A DNA stretch of 64,000 nucleotides from NCBI GenBank assembly GCA_951406725.2, contig OX597824.1, positions 94,426,001 to 94,490,000 of the forward strand, written 5' to 3'. The notes below the pieces were generated by a model that was given only the letters and a program-made list of their open reading frames with translations, searched no databases and was not told the DNA's origin. A program made the position numbers and the translations under genes. Positions 28,566-42,736 of this stretch are shown here, one piece after another (positions within the stretch are counted from its first letter, which is position 1; every line of letters begins with the position of its first letter). This stretch comes from Octopus vulgaris (Eukaryota).

Positions 28566-28760
28566 AAAAGACGAAGACGGGTGGGTAATCAACAAACAAG
28601 TATATTAGTTTAACGCTCGGGAAGTAAGAAAGTCTTTTACGTTTCGCGCCTACGTTCTTCGACAGAAAGCAACAGAGAAATAAACAGAGAGAGAAAATAG
28701 AAAAAGGTTTAGTGGCTAGCGATCAATCATGGCGAATACCGGAGAGAGGGGTCACACAGG
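28566..28760 (-). mobile_element. Hammerhead-like repeat family E (PLE pLTR-like)
   Basis: Homologous to 38535-38737; minus-strand cttt-CTGTCGA-a-gaacgtaggcgc-GAAA-cgta-aaag at 28634-28669. Confidence 0.65.
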
Positions 28761-30120
28761 AGAGCTAGAAAGAAGGGGAGATACTAAAGTAGTGATGATC
28801 CCAAAACGAATGTGAGCGTGCGCGTTTAAAAGCGTGTATGTGCGTGTGGAAGGGGGCTGGTGACATTGACGTGTGCATATGTGTATGTATTAGTGTGTGG
28901 ATGATGGTGTGGGGCTGGGGAGTGGTCAGTGCTAGTGATGTGGTGTGATGTAGTGTGGTATGGTGGTGAGTGGTGTGGTGATATATATATGGTGTGCTGA
29001 AAAGTTCCTGGTTTTAAGGGTATCACAAAAGATGGAAAATAATGTTTATTTTTGTATACTTTCACTTTATTTAGATTTGAAAAGCTTTTTCCTACTTTTT
29101 TTTAATTGCAAAATCTTTGATCAGATCCTCTCTGTGACACCATGAACACTTCGAAATGATATTTCCGATCATATAAACCACTTCGAATAGTATTTTAGTG
29201 AGTTTAAAGTGATTTCTTTTGTGCCGTAAGTCATTTACCATTCCTGTGGTGCCTCCTTTCCCTTGGTGCCTCAGGCATGTGCTTCTTTGCTTAATGGTTA
29301 ATCCAGCGCTGAGGATGCCATATAATGGTTTATTTGCAACCATTTGTCAGTTGCTTCAGCTTCAAAAATATCTAATATCTATGTATTTTTATCGATTTTT
29401 GTACAGGGAGCGAGCGAAACCGAACTCGGCAGCACTTGAATTCCATTTCGGGTTCGACCAGAGGAAGGATGTTGGACGATCTGGTCATGGCCGCACCGAA
29501 AGCGACGAGATAGACACGGCTGGGACATTTTTGAAGATAGACCTGCCGGATCGAGTGGACCTGATTTAACCATCACCACCACCACCACCTCCCTTACCAC
29601 CACCACCACCAACATTCTCATCATCACCACCACCCCCATCATCATCATCACCACCAATGCCACAGCCTCCACCGTCACAACTGTATGTACCACAGCAATT
29701 TTGTCACGGTATTACGTTAGGGCAACACGTGACTGAGGAATACACAGCCACTAACATGCTAATTCAATGAATGGATAGCTCAATGAATGGAATGAGTGAA
29801 TAATAACCGTCGAAACTGACGGAGATCCATTAACTTACACGACTTTTTGTATATATGCATGCACATGCATCTCACACATCTATGTATGTATGTATCTATC
29901 TATCTATATCTTTCTATTCATATTATTCATATACACATATGTATGCGTATGTATGAATGTATGTTTACACCAATGTATGTGTTTCTATCAATGTATGTGT
30001 GTGTGTGTGTGTGTGTTATCACCACTGTATGTGTGCTTATTTCTAACAAATGTATATGTATGTATATATGGATGAGTGTGTGTATTTTTGCACCACTATA
30101 CATATATTCATGCATACATT

Positions 30121-30151
<31 letters not shown>

Positions 30152-30429
30152 TTATATTTATATGGGTACGTATGTATATATATATATGTATGTAAGTATA
30201 TACATATATATATATATATGTGTGTGTGTATAAATATGTATATATGTATAGATATAGATATATAGATATATGCATGTGAATATATATATGTGTGTGTGTA
30301 AGAGAGAGAGTGTGTGTGCGTATGTGTGTGAATATATATATATATGTATGTATGTATGTGCGTATGTATGTATGCATGCATGTGTGTGTGTGTCTGTGTC
30401 TGTGTGTGTGTGTGTGCGTGTGTGTGTGT

Positions 30430-30502
<73 letters not shown>

Positions 30503-31209
30503 TATGTATGTTCGAACGGATATTTGTGAATAAACTTGATGTTACTTTAGAATTGGTTTCTTTCGCCTCTCCTTGCTGCCGCAGCAAACTTCTGCTGCCT
30601 TTTCCTACAGACTCCACCATTGCCGTCTTTCGTTCTCTCTATTTATCTCCATCTCTCATTTTCAAACGACCCCCCCCCCCAACTCGTCGTCCTTCCACGT
30701 CCCATCCCCCGTCAAAGACGGAGGACAACGTTTGCAATTAGCGCTCTTTTCACAGCGGCGGCCATTTTTGAAAAGCAACACGTCCGTTTTATCTGTAGGA
30801 AAACATCAAAACAGCAAGCGAAGCGGATAAATGCCAACTGTTTGGTCCTTAGTCGGAAATTTTATTAGCTATTTCCATCGCCAGATATCATTTTACGCGA
30901 TTTCTTTATTAGAGATAAACGGATGTGATATAATATATCGCGTGTTATTAAATCAATATCACACACAACCTCCAAACAAACATAAACTCGCATGTAACCG
31001 GTGTCATATAGGCACACACATGCGTACATACATATACACATACAATCACATTCATTTACGCATACATGCATTTATACATTCATTTATACATACATACATA
31101 CACCCACTCGCATTCATACAAATATACACATATAAATACATACACATACATGCATATGCATTGATACGAGTGTGTGTGTATATATGTGCATAGATGCATA
31201 CATACATAC

Positions 31210-31253
<44 letters not shown>

Positions 31254-31344
31254 CTTTATATGTATATATGTGTGTATATATATGTATATATATATATGTA
31301 TATATATATACATATATATATATGTATATATGCATGTATGTATG

Positions 31345-31389
<45 letters not shown>

Positions 31390-31791
31390 CACACGTCGTA
31401 TAGGAAGATGGAGAGAGAGAGAGGCGGGCGGGGTGGAGGAGGTGGGTGATGGTGACATGGGTGTGTTCAATGGCATTCAAAACCGTTAAATTGGTTCTCG
31501 ATAAATAAAATAAATAAACAATAAATAGAAATAAAAATAAAATAAATGTTGGATGGAAAAAAAAACAACAACAACAACCAAATATAAATATTGGTAAAAA
31601 TATAAAAATAAACGGTCTGAAAAATGAAAATATAGAAAGATATTTGTAAAGAAATAATGGTGCTTCATGACGATAAATGATGATGGTGGTGGTGGTGGTG
31701 GTGGTGGTGGTGGTGGTGGTGGTGGTGGTGGTGGTGGTGGTGGTGGTGGTGGTGATGGTGATGATGATGATGATGATGATGATGGTGATTG

Positions 31792-31826
<35 letters not shown>

Positions 31827-32053
31827 TCAAATCAATACTCAATAAACGATTGCTAGTGACTAAACGATGTCGATGGAGGTACAAGACATATATATATATA
31901 TATGTCCTTATACATATATAAATATACATAATGAATATGTCTGCGTGTATATGTGTATGTGTAGCTGTGAATACATGTATATATATGTTCACACATGTAT
32001 ACACAGATACATAGAGACACCCACACCCAGATATATATACGTATGTACACATG

Positions 32054-32117
<64 letters not shown>

Positions 32118-32181
32118 CGTATATATGTATGTGTGTGTATATATGTATACATACACATATATATAATTACGCAGACACACG

Positions 32182-32235
<54 letters not shown>

Positions 32236-32458
32236 AATACATACACACACATACATATACAGTATATACGCGTATTTGTAAATGTATGAATATATTTGTA
32301 TTTTCCTTGTCTTTACTTTTCCCTATCTGTCTGTCGTTCGTCTGTCTGTCAGTCTTCCTCTCTGTCTGTCAGTCTGTCTTCTCTCTGCCTCTGTCGTCTC
32401 TCGCTCTCTCTTTCTCGCTATCTCCATCAATATCTATATATCTATGTATCTATATATA

Positions 32459-32518
<60 letters not shown>

Positions 32519-32840
32519 ATACACACACATAAATACGTGCAGTAGGAGAAAGAGAGAGAGAGAGAGAGAATGTATAGGAGACAGAGATAAAGGCGAGAAA
32601 GAAGAAGCGTAAAGACAGAGGCAGATGTTTATGAAATCTTTTCTTTAAAATAACTTATAAGCACATCTTATTGGCATATTATAAATATTCTTTTTACACT
32701 TATATTCTTTCCTCATTCACACAAATGTGTCTATCTATCCCATCATTCCCTTAATATCTATCTTTCTAACTATCAACATAGTTTTGTCAGTCTCTCTCTT
32801 TCTCTCTCTCTCGCTCTCACTCTGTGTATATATAACTATA

Positions 32841-32964
<124 letters not shown>

Positions 32965-32973
32965 TATATATAT

Positions 32974-33035
<62 letters not shown>

Positions 33036-33210
33036 GTATATATTATATATATATATTATATTTATGTATGTAGATATATATGTATATATATATGTGTGTG
33101 TGTGTGTATGTATACCAATCTGTTTGGCAGTCTTTGTCTGTCTGCCTGTGTATTCTTATCCATGTGTATACATTTGCGCGTGCACACATTAATACATATG
33201 TATCTATAAG

Positions 33211-33470
33211 TGAAGGCGCGTGGCTTAATGGTTAGAGCATTCAGCTCACGATCGTAAGATCGTTGGGTTCAATCCCAGGCGACGCGTTGTGTCCTTAGCA
33301 AGACACTTTATTTCACGTTTCTCCAGTCCACTCAGCTGGCAAAAATGTACTGTACCTGTATTTTAAAGGGCCAGCCTTGTTACACTCTATGCCACACTGA
33401 ATCTCCCTCAGAACTACGATAAAGGTGCACATGGCTATGGAAAACTCAGCCACTCGCACGTTAATAACCG
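33211..33470 (+). mobile_element. tRNA-derived SINE family C
   Basis: A-box tggcttaatggtt, B-box gggttcaatccc, then gtgtccttagcaagacactttatttcacg shared with 48713. Confidence 0.85.
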
Positions 33471-33489
33471 ACGGATTGCTCCTTTATAG

Positions 33490-33941
33490 CTGCTGGAAGG
33501 CCCTATTTCTGGCAACAGCACTCTACACCATGCCACACAAGCAGGAGAACCCGGTCATGGCTGTCAGATAATTTCTGCGATCACATCACCCCTAACATCT
33601 GGCCACCTAACTCCACAGACTGCAACACCCTTGATTATTATGTGTGGGGCCCAGTTGAGCGAGAGACCAACAAAACTCCTTGCAACACCAAAGATGAACT
33701 GAAGGCAAGGATTATGGCAGCATTCACCAACTTAAACATGGTGATCGTCCAGAAGAGTTGCAGGAGATTCTGAAGTCATTTGGAGGCCAAAGTTGAAGCC
33801 AATGGTAATTTTATTGAATAAATTTATTCTTTGGAATTTCATATTTTTATGTAATTTTGGTAAACATATCTGTTAAAATGAGATGTTAGTGTTATTTTCC
33901 TTTTTGCGTAATTTAGACGTCAATTTATTCACCACACCCTG
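33490..33941 (+). mobile_element. Tc1/mariner DD37D (maT-type) transposase 3' remnant with TIR
   Basis: PYFWQQ(H)STPCH...WPPNSTDCNTLDYYVWG...VEANGNFIE*; 37 residues between the 2nd (D mutated to H) and 3rd acidic positions; ends caccctg|TA. Confidence 0.85.
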
Positions 33942-33949
33942 TATGTATG

Positions 33950-34063
<114 letters not shown>

Positions 34064-34168
34064 CATATACATATATACATACATGTACATATATATGCAT
34101 ATACATAATATACTTATGCATATAAATAAAATATATATATGTATATGTATATATATACATATATATGC

Positions 34169-34247
<79 letters not shown>

Positions 34248-34256
34248 CACACACAC

Positions 34257-34289
<33 letters not shown>

Positions 34290-34659
34290 TAAAGATGTTT
34301 GTGTAGAACGTGTAATTGTGGAGATTGGTCGATATTGAGTTTGAACGCAAAGTACGACAAATTACAAAACAAAAAAGAGGTAAAACGATTGGCCAAAGAT
34401 TTTTAAAAGGTTCCAAGATGGAGGACGGTTTAAGATCCCCGTCTCCGCTCCGCCCTTCTGTGTGTTTGTCACCTCACACTTTACTCTTCTCTTCTCTTCT
34501 CTTTTTCTATTTACTCGCTTCAAGATCGACAATAACCAACACCTTCGTCACCGCTCCTCGACACCCCCCACACACACACACACACACCCCGCCTCCATCC
34601 ATCCACGACCACCATCACCGGCAGCATTTGTACAAACAGCTTCGTTGCTATCAGCACCC

Positions 34660-35690
34660 GAAAATACTACTACCACCACTGTCACTATAACCACCACTAT
34701 CTCCCCCACCACAACCACCGCCGCTGTCATCACCACCACTACAGCAACCACCACCTATACCACCATGACTACCACCAGAACTATCACGTGTAGCGGCAGC
34801 GGCAGCAGCAGCAGCAGCAGCAGTAGCACCGCAACCACCAATACAACATCCAGTACCATAACTACTACTACCACCACCGCCACCACCACCTCGAATACTA
34901 CCATTTGTAGAAGCACCACTCATACCACCACCACCACCTCGTTAGACCATTATCACCACCACAATGACTGCTACCATCAGCACCTTTTATCATCATCATC
35001 GTCATCATCATCACCATCGTCGTCGTCGTCGTCGTCCCCATCATCATCATCGTAGTCATCATAATGTCATCGTCTTGTCATCATCATCATCACCATCATC
35101 GTCATCATCACCATCATCATCATCATCACCATCACCATCATCACCATCATCATTATCATCATCATCATCATTATCAGTCATCATCATCATCATCATCATC
35201 ATTATCATCATCATCATCATCGTCATCATCACCATCATCATCATCATCACCATCACCATCATCACCATCATCATTATCATCATCATCATCATTATCAGTC
35301 ATCATCATCATCATCATCATCATTATCATCATCATCGTCATCCTCATCATCATCATTGTCCCCATCATCGTTATCGTCGTCGTTGTCATCATCATCATCA
35401 CCATCATCATCACCATCATCATCACCATCATCATCACCATCATCATCACCATCATCACCATCGTCATCATCATCATCATCGTCGTCGTCACCATCATCAT
35501 CATTATCACCACCATCATCATCACCATCATCATCATCGTCATTGTCTCATCACCATCATCACCATCGTCGTCGTCATCGTCGTCATCGTCATCGTCATGA
35601 GAACAACGTTAAGTGCAACTATTACGGGGAGTACAACAACAACAACAACAGCAACAACAGCAGCAACAGCAACAACTTCAGCAGCATTTG
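34660..35690. repeat. Large compound (CAC)/(CAT)/(CAA)n tract
   Basis: Read directly; contains an internal ~138-bp duplicated CAT pattern. Confidence 0.9.
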
Positions 35691-35777
35691 GCAATCTTTC
35701 AATCACTTTTATCCTAAAGTGTTAAAAGGGCGGATTAAACATACAAAGGCACTAATCGAAGAATGTTTTAATATCGA

Positions 35778-36603
35778 TTTCAAATTTTGGCACAAGGCCA
35801 GCAATTTCGAAGGAGGGGTAAGTCAATTACATCAATCTCAGTGCGACCCTGAAAGATGAAAGGCAAAGTCGACTTCAGTGGCATTTGAACTCAGAACTTG
35901 AAGACGGACGAAATGCCGCAAAACATTTCGTCCGGCACGCTAATGTTTCTACCAATTCATCGCCTTAGAATATTCTGTTCTACTCTAGGCACAAGACCCT
36001 AAATTTCGGGAGAGGGAACCAGTCGATTAGATCGACCCAGTACGTAACTGGTACTTAATTTATCGATCCCGAAAGGATGAAAGGCAAAGCCGACCTCGGC
36101 GGAATTTGAACTCAGAACGTAAAGTTCCAAATAAAATATTCTTTTCTACACTAAGCAGAAGGCCCGAAATTTTGGGGAAGGAGGCCAGTCGATTAGATCA
36201 ACCACATTACGTAACTGGTACTTAATTTATCGACCCCGAAAGGATGAAAGGCAAAGCCGACCTCGGCAAAATTTGAACTCAGAATGTAAAGACAGACGAA
36301 ATACCGCTAAGTATTTTACCCAGCGTGCTAATGTTTCTGCCAGCTCACCACCTTATATATATATATATAATGTATTTATTTCTTTATTGCCCATAGAGGG
36401 CTAAACATAGAGGGGACAAACAAGACAAAGGGATTAAGTCGATTACATCGACCTCAATGCATAACTCGTACTTGTTTAATTGACCCTGAAAGGATGAAAA
36501 GCAAAGTCGACCTCGGCAGAATTTGAACTCAGAACGTAAAGACACACGAAATGCCGCTTAGCATTTTGCCTGGCGTGCTAACGATTCTGCCAGCTCGCCG
36601 CCT
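35778..36603 (-). mobile_element. Four head-to-tail SINE family B copies
   Basis: Units at ~35778-35965, 35970-36122, 36136-36353 and 36378-36603, each with gatgaaa(g/a)gcaaag(t/c)cgac. Confidence 0.9.
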
Positions 36604-36643
36604 TTAAGATCTTATAATATTTTTGATATTCCTTCACATTTAC

Positions 36644-36860
36644 GGGCAGCGAGCTGGCAGGATTGCTTGCAGGCCGGATTAAAATGTTTTGCAGCATTTC
36701 GTCCGTCTTACTTTCTGAGTTCAAATTCTGCCGGGGTCGACTTTGCCTTTCATCCTTTTGAGGGTCGATAAATTAAGTACCAGTTGGACACTGGGGACGA
36801 TGTTATGACTTACCCTCATCCCGTGAAATTGCTGGCCTTGTGCCAAACTTTGAAACTAAT
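36644..36860 (+). mobile_element. SINE family B, head-to-head with the preceding copy
   Basis: ggcagcgagctggcag...gtcgactttgcctttcatcc...ggccttgtgccaaac. Confidence 0.88.
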
Positions 36861-37249
36861 ATTACTTCAATTTAAGGCGGCCAGCTGGCAGGATCTCTAG
36901 CACTACTCTACGGCGATGTGAACGGTGCTTTGCTTCAGCACCATATTGATGACGGGGCTGTAAGGGTGGTGGTGATGATGATGTTGATGAAGAAGAAGGA
37001 GAAGGAGGAGAAGAAGAAGAACTGATGGTCGTGTGACATCGATGGTGTTGGTAGTTTAAAGGTATTACTTCTACCGCTGCCGGTCTTTCCTCTCGCTTTT
37101 TTCTCAATGTGCAGTCATGTTATATTTTTAAGTTTTAATAATTGCCTGAATATACAGAGCACGTTATACAAGCTTGTCCGATCATTCTATTTTCTGAGAC
37201 ATGAAACTGATAGTAGCTTACATTGAAATCCTATTTATGTATGTATGTT

Positions 37250-37317
<68 letters not shown>

Positions 37318-37718
37318 CATATATATATATTCATGCATATATATACACATATATATACACATACATATATATACATGCATATATATATACATAAATACAT
37401 GTACATGCATATATATATATATATACATATACATACATACATGTACATGCATATATATATATATGTATATGTAGACATATATATATATATATATATGTAT
37501 ATGTAGACATATATATATATATATATATATATGTCTACATATACATATATATATATATATATATGTCTACATATACATATATATATGCATGTACATGTAT
37601 GTATGTATATGTATGTATATATATATATGTACATATGTATGTATATATATATGCATGTATATATATGTATGTGTATATATATGTGCATATATATGCATGA
37701 ATATATATATATATTATG

Positions 37719-37825
<107 letters not shown>

Positions 37826-37846
37826 CATATATATACATATATATAC

Positions 37847-37922
<76 letters not shown>

Positions 37923-38089
37923 AAACAAGAGTTAAAAACGAATAATTAATCCACTCCGATATCTATAAAGCCCTCAGTGGTTGTGCAAACTGGTTTAACA
38001 ACATCAAACATCAACTAGTCAAATACTAATAATTTCAAACAGACTTAACATCCAGTTTTCCTTTGAATTTCACCTGTTTTGGATTACCT

Positions 38090-38275
38090 TGATAGCATTG
38101 TGTTAGCATAAATTGCCGACATCTTAGTTTCACTGCTATTTTCTACCTTTCTTCTTTGTATATCTAAATATTCTGGCACAATAAAAACGATCGCCAGTAA
38201 TAAATGGTGTAATTATAAAATAAAGATCTGATATTCTCCATTCTCGTTCATATTGTTACATATATTTATGTGTGT
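38090..38275 (-). pseudogene. Possible decayed Penelope-like RT fragment
   Basis: Minus-strand IQRRKVENSSETKMSAIYANTML resembles the PLE RT motif QxxGTAMGTKMAPxYANL; weak similarity. Confidence 0.35.
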
Positions 38276-38369
38276 AGATGTGTGTGTGTGTGTATACATA
38301 GGAACATACATGCATATATATAAGCATATATACATATGTGTGTGTTGATGTGTGTTTCTGTGCATGTGC

Positions 38370-38428
<59 letters not shown>

Positions 38429-38431
<3 letters not shown>

Positions 38432-38737
38432 GTGGAATTCACAAAAAAAAAACAAAAGACGAAGACAGGTGGTGTAGACAACAAACAGATGTATTAGTAT
38501 AACGCTCGGGAAGTGAAAAGTCTTAAACGTTTAACGTCGCCATGATAGATCATTAGCCACTACACATTCTTTATTTTCTCTCCTTGTTTCTTTCTGTGTT
38601 CCTTTCTGTTGGAGAGCGCAGACTCGAAACGTTAAAGACTTTTTCAATTCCCGAGCGTTATATTAATACATCTGTTTGTTTTGTACACCACCTCTCTTCG
38701 TGTTTTGTTTTTTTTTGTTTTTTCGTGAATTCTCCCC
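38429..38737. mobile_element. Family E element with inverted partial duplicate (PLE-like inverted pLTR)
   Basis: 38429-38532 is the reverse complement of 38627-38737; hammerhead-like motif at 38602-38637; abuts (TA)n. Confidence 0.75.
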
Positions 38738-38754
38738 ATATTTCCGTATGATAT

Positions 38755-38965
38755 TGGTTTCAAATTTTGGCACAAGGCCAGCAATTCCTGTGAAGGCATA
38801 AGTCGATTACATTGACCCTAGTGCTTAACTGGTTCTTATTTTATCGACCCCTAAAGAATGAAATACAAAGTCAACACCGGCGAGATTTGAACTCAGAACA
38901 TAAAGCCGGAAGAAATGCTGCTAAGCATTTTATCCGGTGCGCTTAAGATTCTACCATCTCGCCAG
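38755..38965 (-). mobile_element. SINE family B, degraded
   Basis: ggtttcaaattttggcacaaggcc...tttgaactcagaac...ctaagcatttt. Confidence 0.8.
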
Positions 38966-38979
38966 GATATTACGTCTGA

Positions 38980-39201
38980 CCCTTTAGAATTCAGATTATT
39001 CTGTCAAATGTAATGCTTATTTATCCACGTTGCTTTGAATTAATCCTGCATTATTTCGCACCTTCCGTATTTCAATGATGTGACTGTTTATTTTTTAGAA
39101 CAACATTGTTTGATAGGCGTAAGAGGCCAGATCTGGATGGTTTGAACATAAAAATGGTTTTAATATTTGGGCCAAATGCAGTCGATTTAAATGTTGAAGG
39201 A
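38980..39201. mobile_element. Possible decayed piggyBac-like MITE
   Basis: Imperfect termini ccctttagaatt / aaatgttgaagga; TTAA TSD not intact. Confidence 0.3.
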
Positions 39202-39550
39202 CAAAGTAATAATACCTGATGTTAATAGAGGGAACACATTTGTTCATAAATCTACAGCTGCTGGATTTACTCGGAGCTAAACAACTTAAACAACAAAAGA
39301 CTATAAAAACAACGCATCACAACTCGACGCCATTCAACAAGAGAGCTGTGCATGAGCGATTGATCTACTAGAAATAGCAGCCAAATCTCGCTGATATCAC
39401 GTCCTATCGCCTCAAATGTAAAAGGATATCTAGAATGGTGTTGTCCTAGAAACTCTTGGAGAGACTATGAAACGTTTTTTTGATTTACAGGTCTGCAACG
39501 ATCAGAGCTGACCTGAGACTAAATAGTGCCAGCAGCAACAACAACAACAG

Positions 39551-39905
39551 TGGGAGGCGCAATGGCCCAATGGTTAGGGCAGCGGACTCGCGGTCGAAAG
39601 ATCGTGGTTTCGCTTCCCAGACCGGGCGTTGTGTGTGTTTATTGAGCAAAAACACCTAAAGCTCCACGAGGCTCCTTCAGGGGGTGGTGGCGACCCCTGT
39701 TGTACTCTTTCGCTCCAACTTTCTCTCACTCTTTCTTCCTGTTTCTTGTCCCCGACTTCCTACGCAACCGCTGAGCCTGGATGCGCATTCATCGATCCGT
39801 CGATGCTCTCGGTGTCGGGGGTTGACCTGCTTTCTCTTCTGCGGGTCTTACGAATAGCAAAGGACCACGTTTCGGACTTCTCCCAAGAGGACGAAGACCG
39901 CTTCG
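39551..39905 (+). mobile_element. tRNA-derived SINE (family C variant)
   Basis: gaggcgcaatggcccaatggttagggcagcggactcgcggtc...gtttcgcttcccagaccgggcgttgtg; same head inverted at 58970-59093. Confidence 0.8.
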
Positions 39906-40269
39906 CTCAACAGCAACCAGCAACCAGCAACGGCAATAACAACAACAACAACAACACGATATAATTCTATGATTAACCAATATACACAATACACATACCA
40001 AGTGCCACAGCCGTACACCAGCACAACATAGCATTACTCTACATTACACGTCGCTAATTTCTATAGAAACGACACCAAACTTCAATAATTCTACATGCTG
40101 CCACACTTCCCTATATTTCATTACCTCTTGTCACACAAAACAAGGAAATATTTCATCCATCTCGTTTTTAGAAAACTGTTTATAACAGCAGCAAGATTAA
40201 GAACAACAACACAAACAAATAAAACAAGAAAAACACTGCAGTACTGCAACAACAAAGGAATTTTAGTTG

Positions 40270-40805
<536 letters not shown>

Positions 40806-41271
40806 TTTTTTCTTTTCGTCTGCCATTTGAATTGCCGCCTTCTTTCATTCGTCGTCTGCTCATTGAATTGCCGTCTTCTTTAATTCGTCGTCTGCTGTAT
40901 CAATGGCCGCGCTTCTTCAATTCAAGTCCCGTTCGTTGTCCTACACTCCAGCTCCGTTAGCTGGCTTTTCTTTTCCGGGATATAATAAATAAAGCCAAAT
41001 CTCCTGGTCGAAATTGAATTAGCGAAATCTGAATCGATTATTATTAACTTCGGTCGAAACAAGATCTCGATAAACGTTGGCTTGGCTTTCATTTCTTCTT
41101 TACTGCTCTCATTCTTTTGTACCGCCATTTATCATCGTCATCGTCGTTATGATCACTATGCTGCTGGTGGTGGTGGTGGTGGTGGTGGTGGTGGTGGTGG
41201 TGGTGGTGGTGGTGGCAGTGGTGGTGGTGGCAATCATAATATCCGTTCTCCTCTTCCTTCTTATCATCACC

Positions 41272-41302
<31 letters not shown>

Positions 41303-42119
41303 CCATCATCTTATCATCTTCGCTAATACCACGTTCATCTTCGCCCTCATTGCTATTGCAGTTGTTGTTCATGATGATGATGATGATGATATTTTTGTCA
41401 TTGTGGTTGTTATTGATGTTGCTGTGATCGTCGTTGTCGTTGAATGTAATTTAATATAATTTTTGTTATATGTCTTCATTGAGAAATAACCAGAATTTAA
41501 AAATTTCAAAGACAAAAAATGTAAAAGACCGTTTCCACAAGTTTTTCTTTCATTTCTGTCCGACAATAGGAATCTTTAAAAGCCACTGTTTCTGTGTCCT
41601 TTCTTCTTTCTTTCTTTCTTTTTTTCCTTCTTTCTGTCTGCCTTTCTTTATCTTTCTTTCTGGCATAACTTTTTCTTTCATTCCTTTTCTGTCTTTCTCC
41701 CTTTCTTTCTTTCCTTCTTGCACAACTTTTTCTTTCATTCCTTTTCTGTCTTTCTTCCTTTCTTTCTTTCTTGCTTAACTGTTTCTTTCATTCCTTTTTC
41801 TTTCTTTCTTTCTTTCTTAATTCTCATTCATTATTTCCTTCAGTCTTACTTCCATTCTTCCTTCGTTGCTTTTCTTTTCCCTGTGTCCTTCATTTCCTCA
41901 CTTCATTCTTTACTCCTTGCTTTTCTTCGGGTCACTTTCTTTCTTTGTCTTTCTTTCCTTCTCTCTTTCTTTCATAACTTTTTCTTTCATTCCTTTCTGT
42001 CTCCCTTTATTTCTTTCTTTCTGTCTTTCTTTCTTTCTTTCTTTCTTTTTTCTTTCTTTCTCTTTATTTTTCTCTCTGTTTCTTTTTCTTTTTGTTTCTT
42101 TCTTTCCCTTTTCCTTTCT

Positions 42120-42151
<32 letters not shown>

Positions 42152-42704
42152 TCAGTTCCTTCACAACTTTCCACTACTAATCCCTATTCCTCCCACCACA
42201 ACCCATTACCTCCTTCAAGCACCTCTCACAGAACACCCACCATTTCTCGTCTGGGCAAACCTTTCGGTTCTTCCCAATCACCAACCGCCAATTTTATATT
42301 TACAAACGGATAAATTAAAAAAAAAACTATTACACTCGTAATACAGGCTTAATGGTTGATTGGTGATCTTTCGGAAAAGCTATCTCTACTTCATGGAGAA
42401 GGAAAAAGGACAAGGAATGGAGGTGATTGTTTTCTTCAGTGAAAGAATTTAAAAGGCAATGTCGACCTCGGCGGAATTTGAACTCACAACGTCAAGCCGG
42501 ACGAGATGCCGCTAACGATTCTGCCTGCTCACCACCTTCCAGTATTGGTTTCAAATTTGAGCACAAGGCCAGTAATTTCGACTTATCATCGTCGTCGTCA
42601 TTATGATCACGGTGGTGACGGTGGGGGGGCATAATATCCATGCTCCTCTTCCTTCTCATCATTATCATCATCACTACCATCATAACCTCCTTAGTCATCA
42701 TCGT

Positions 42705-42736
<32 letters not shown>

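Noticed and set aside
29715-29830. Hammerhead from CTGAGGA ... cGAAAc
   Set aside because: About 80 nt apart with no closing helix II or helix I
33211-33285. True tRNA genes (also 39551, 48713, 58430)
   Set aside because: No complete cloverleaf; they continue into SINE bodies shared by several copies
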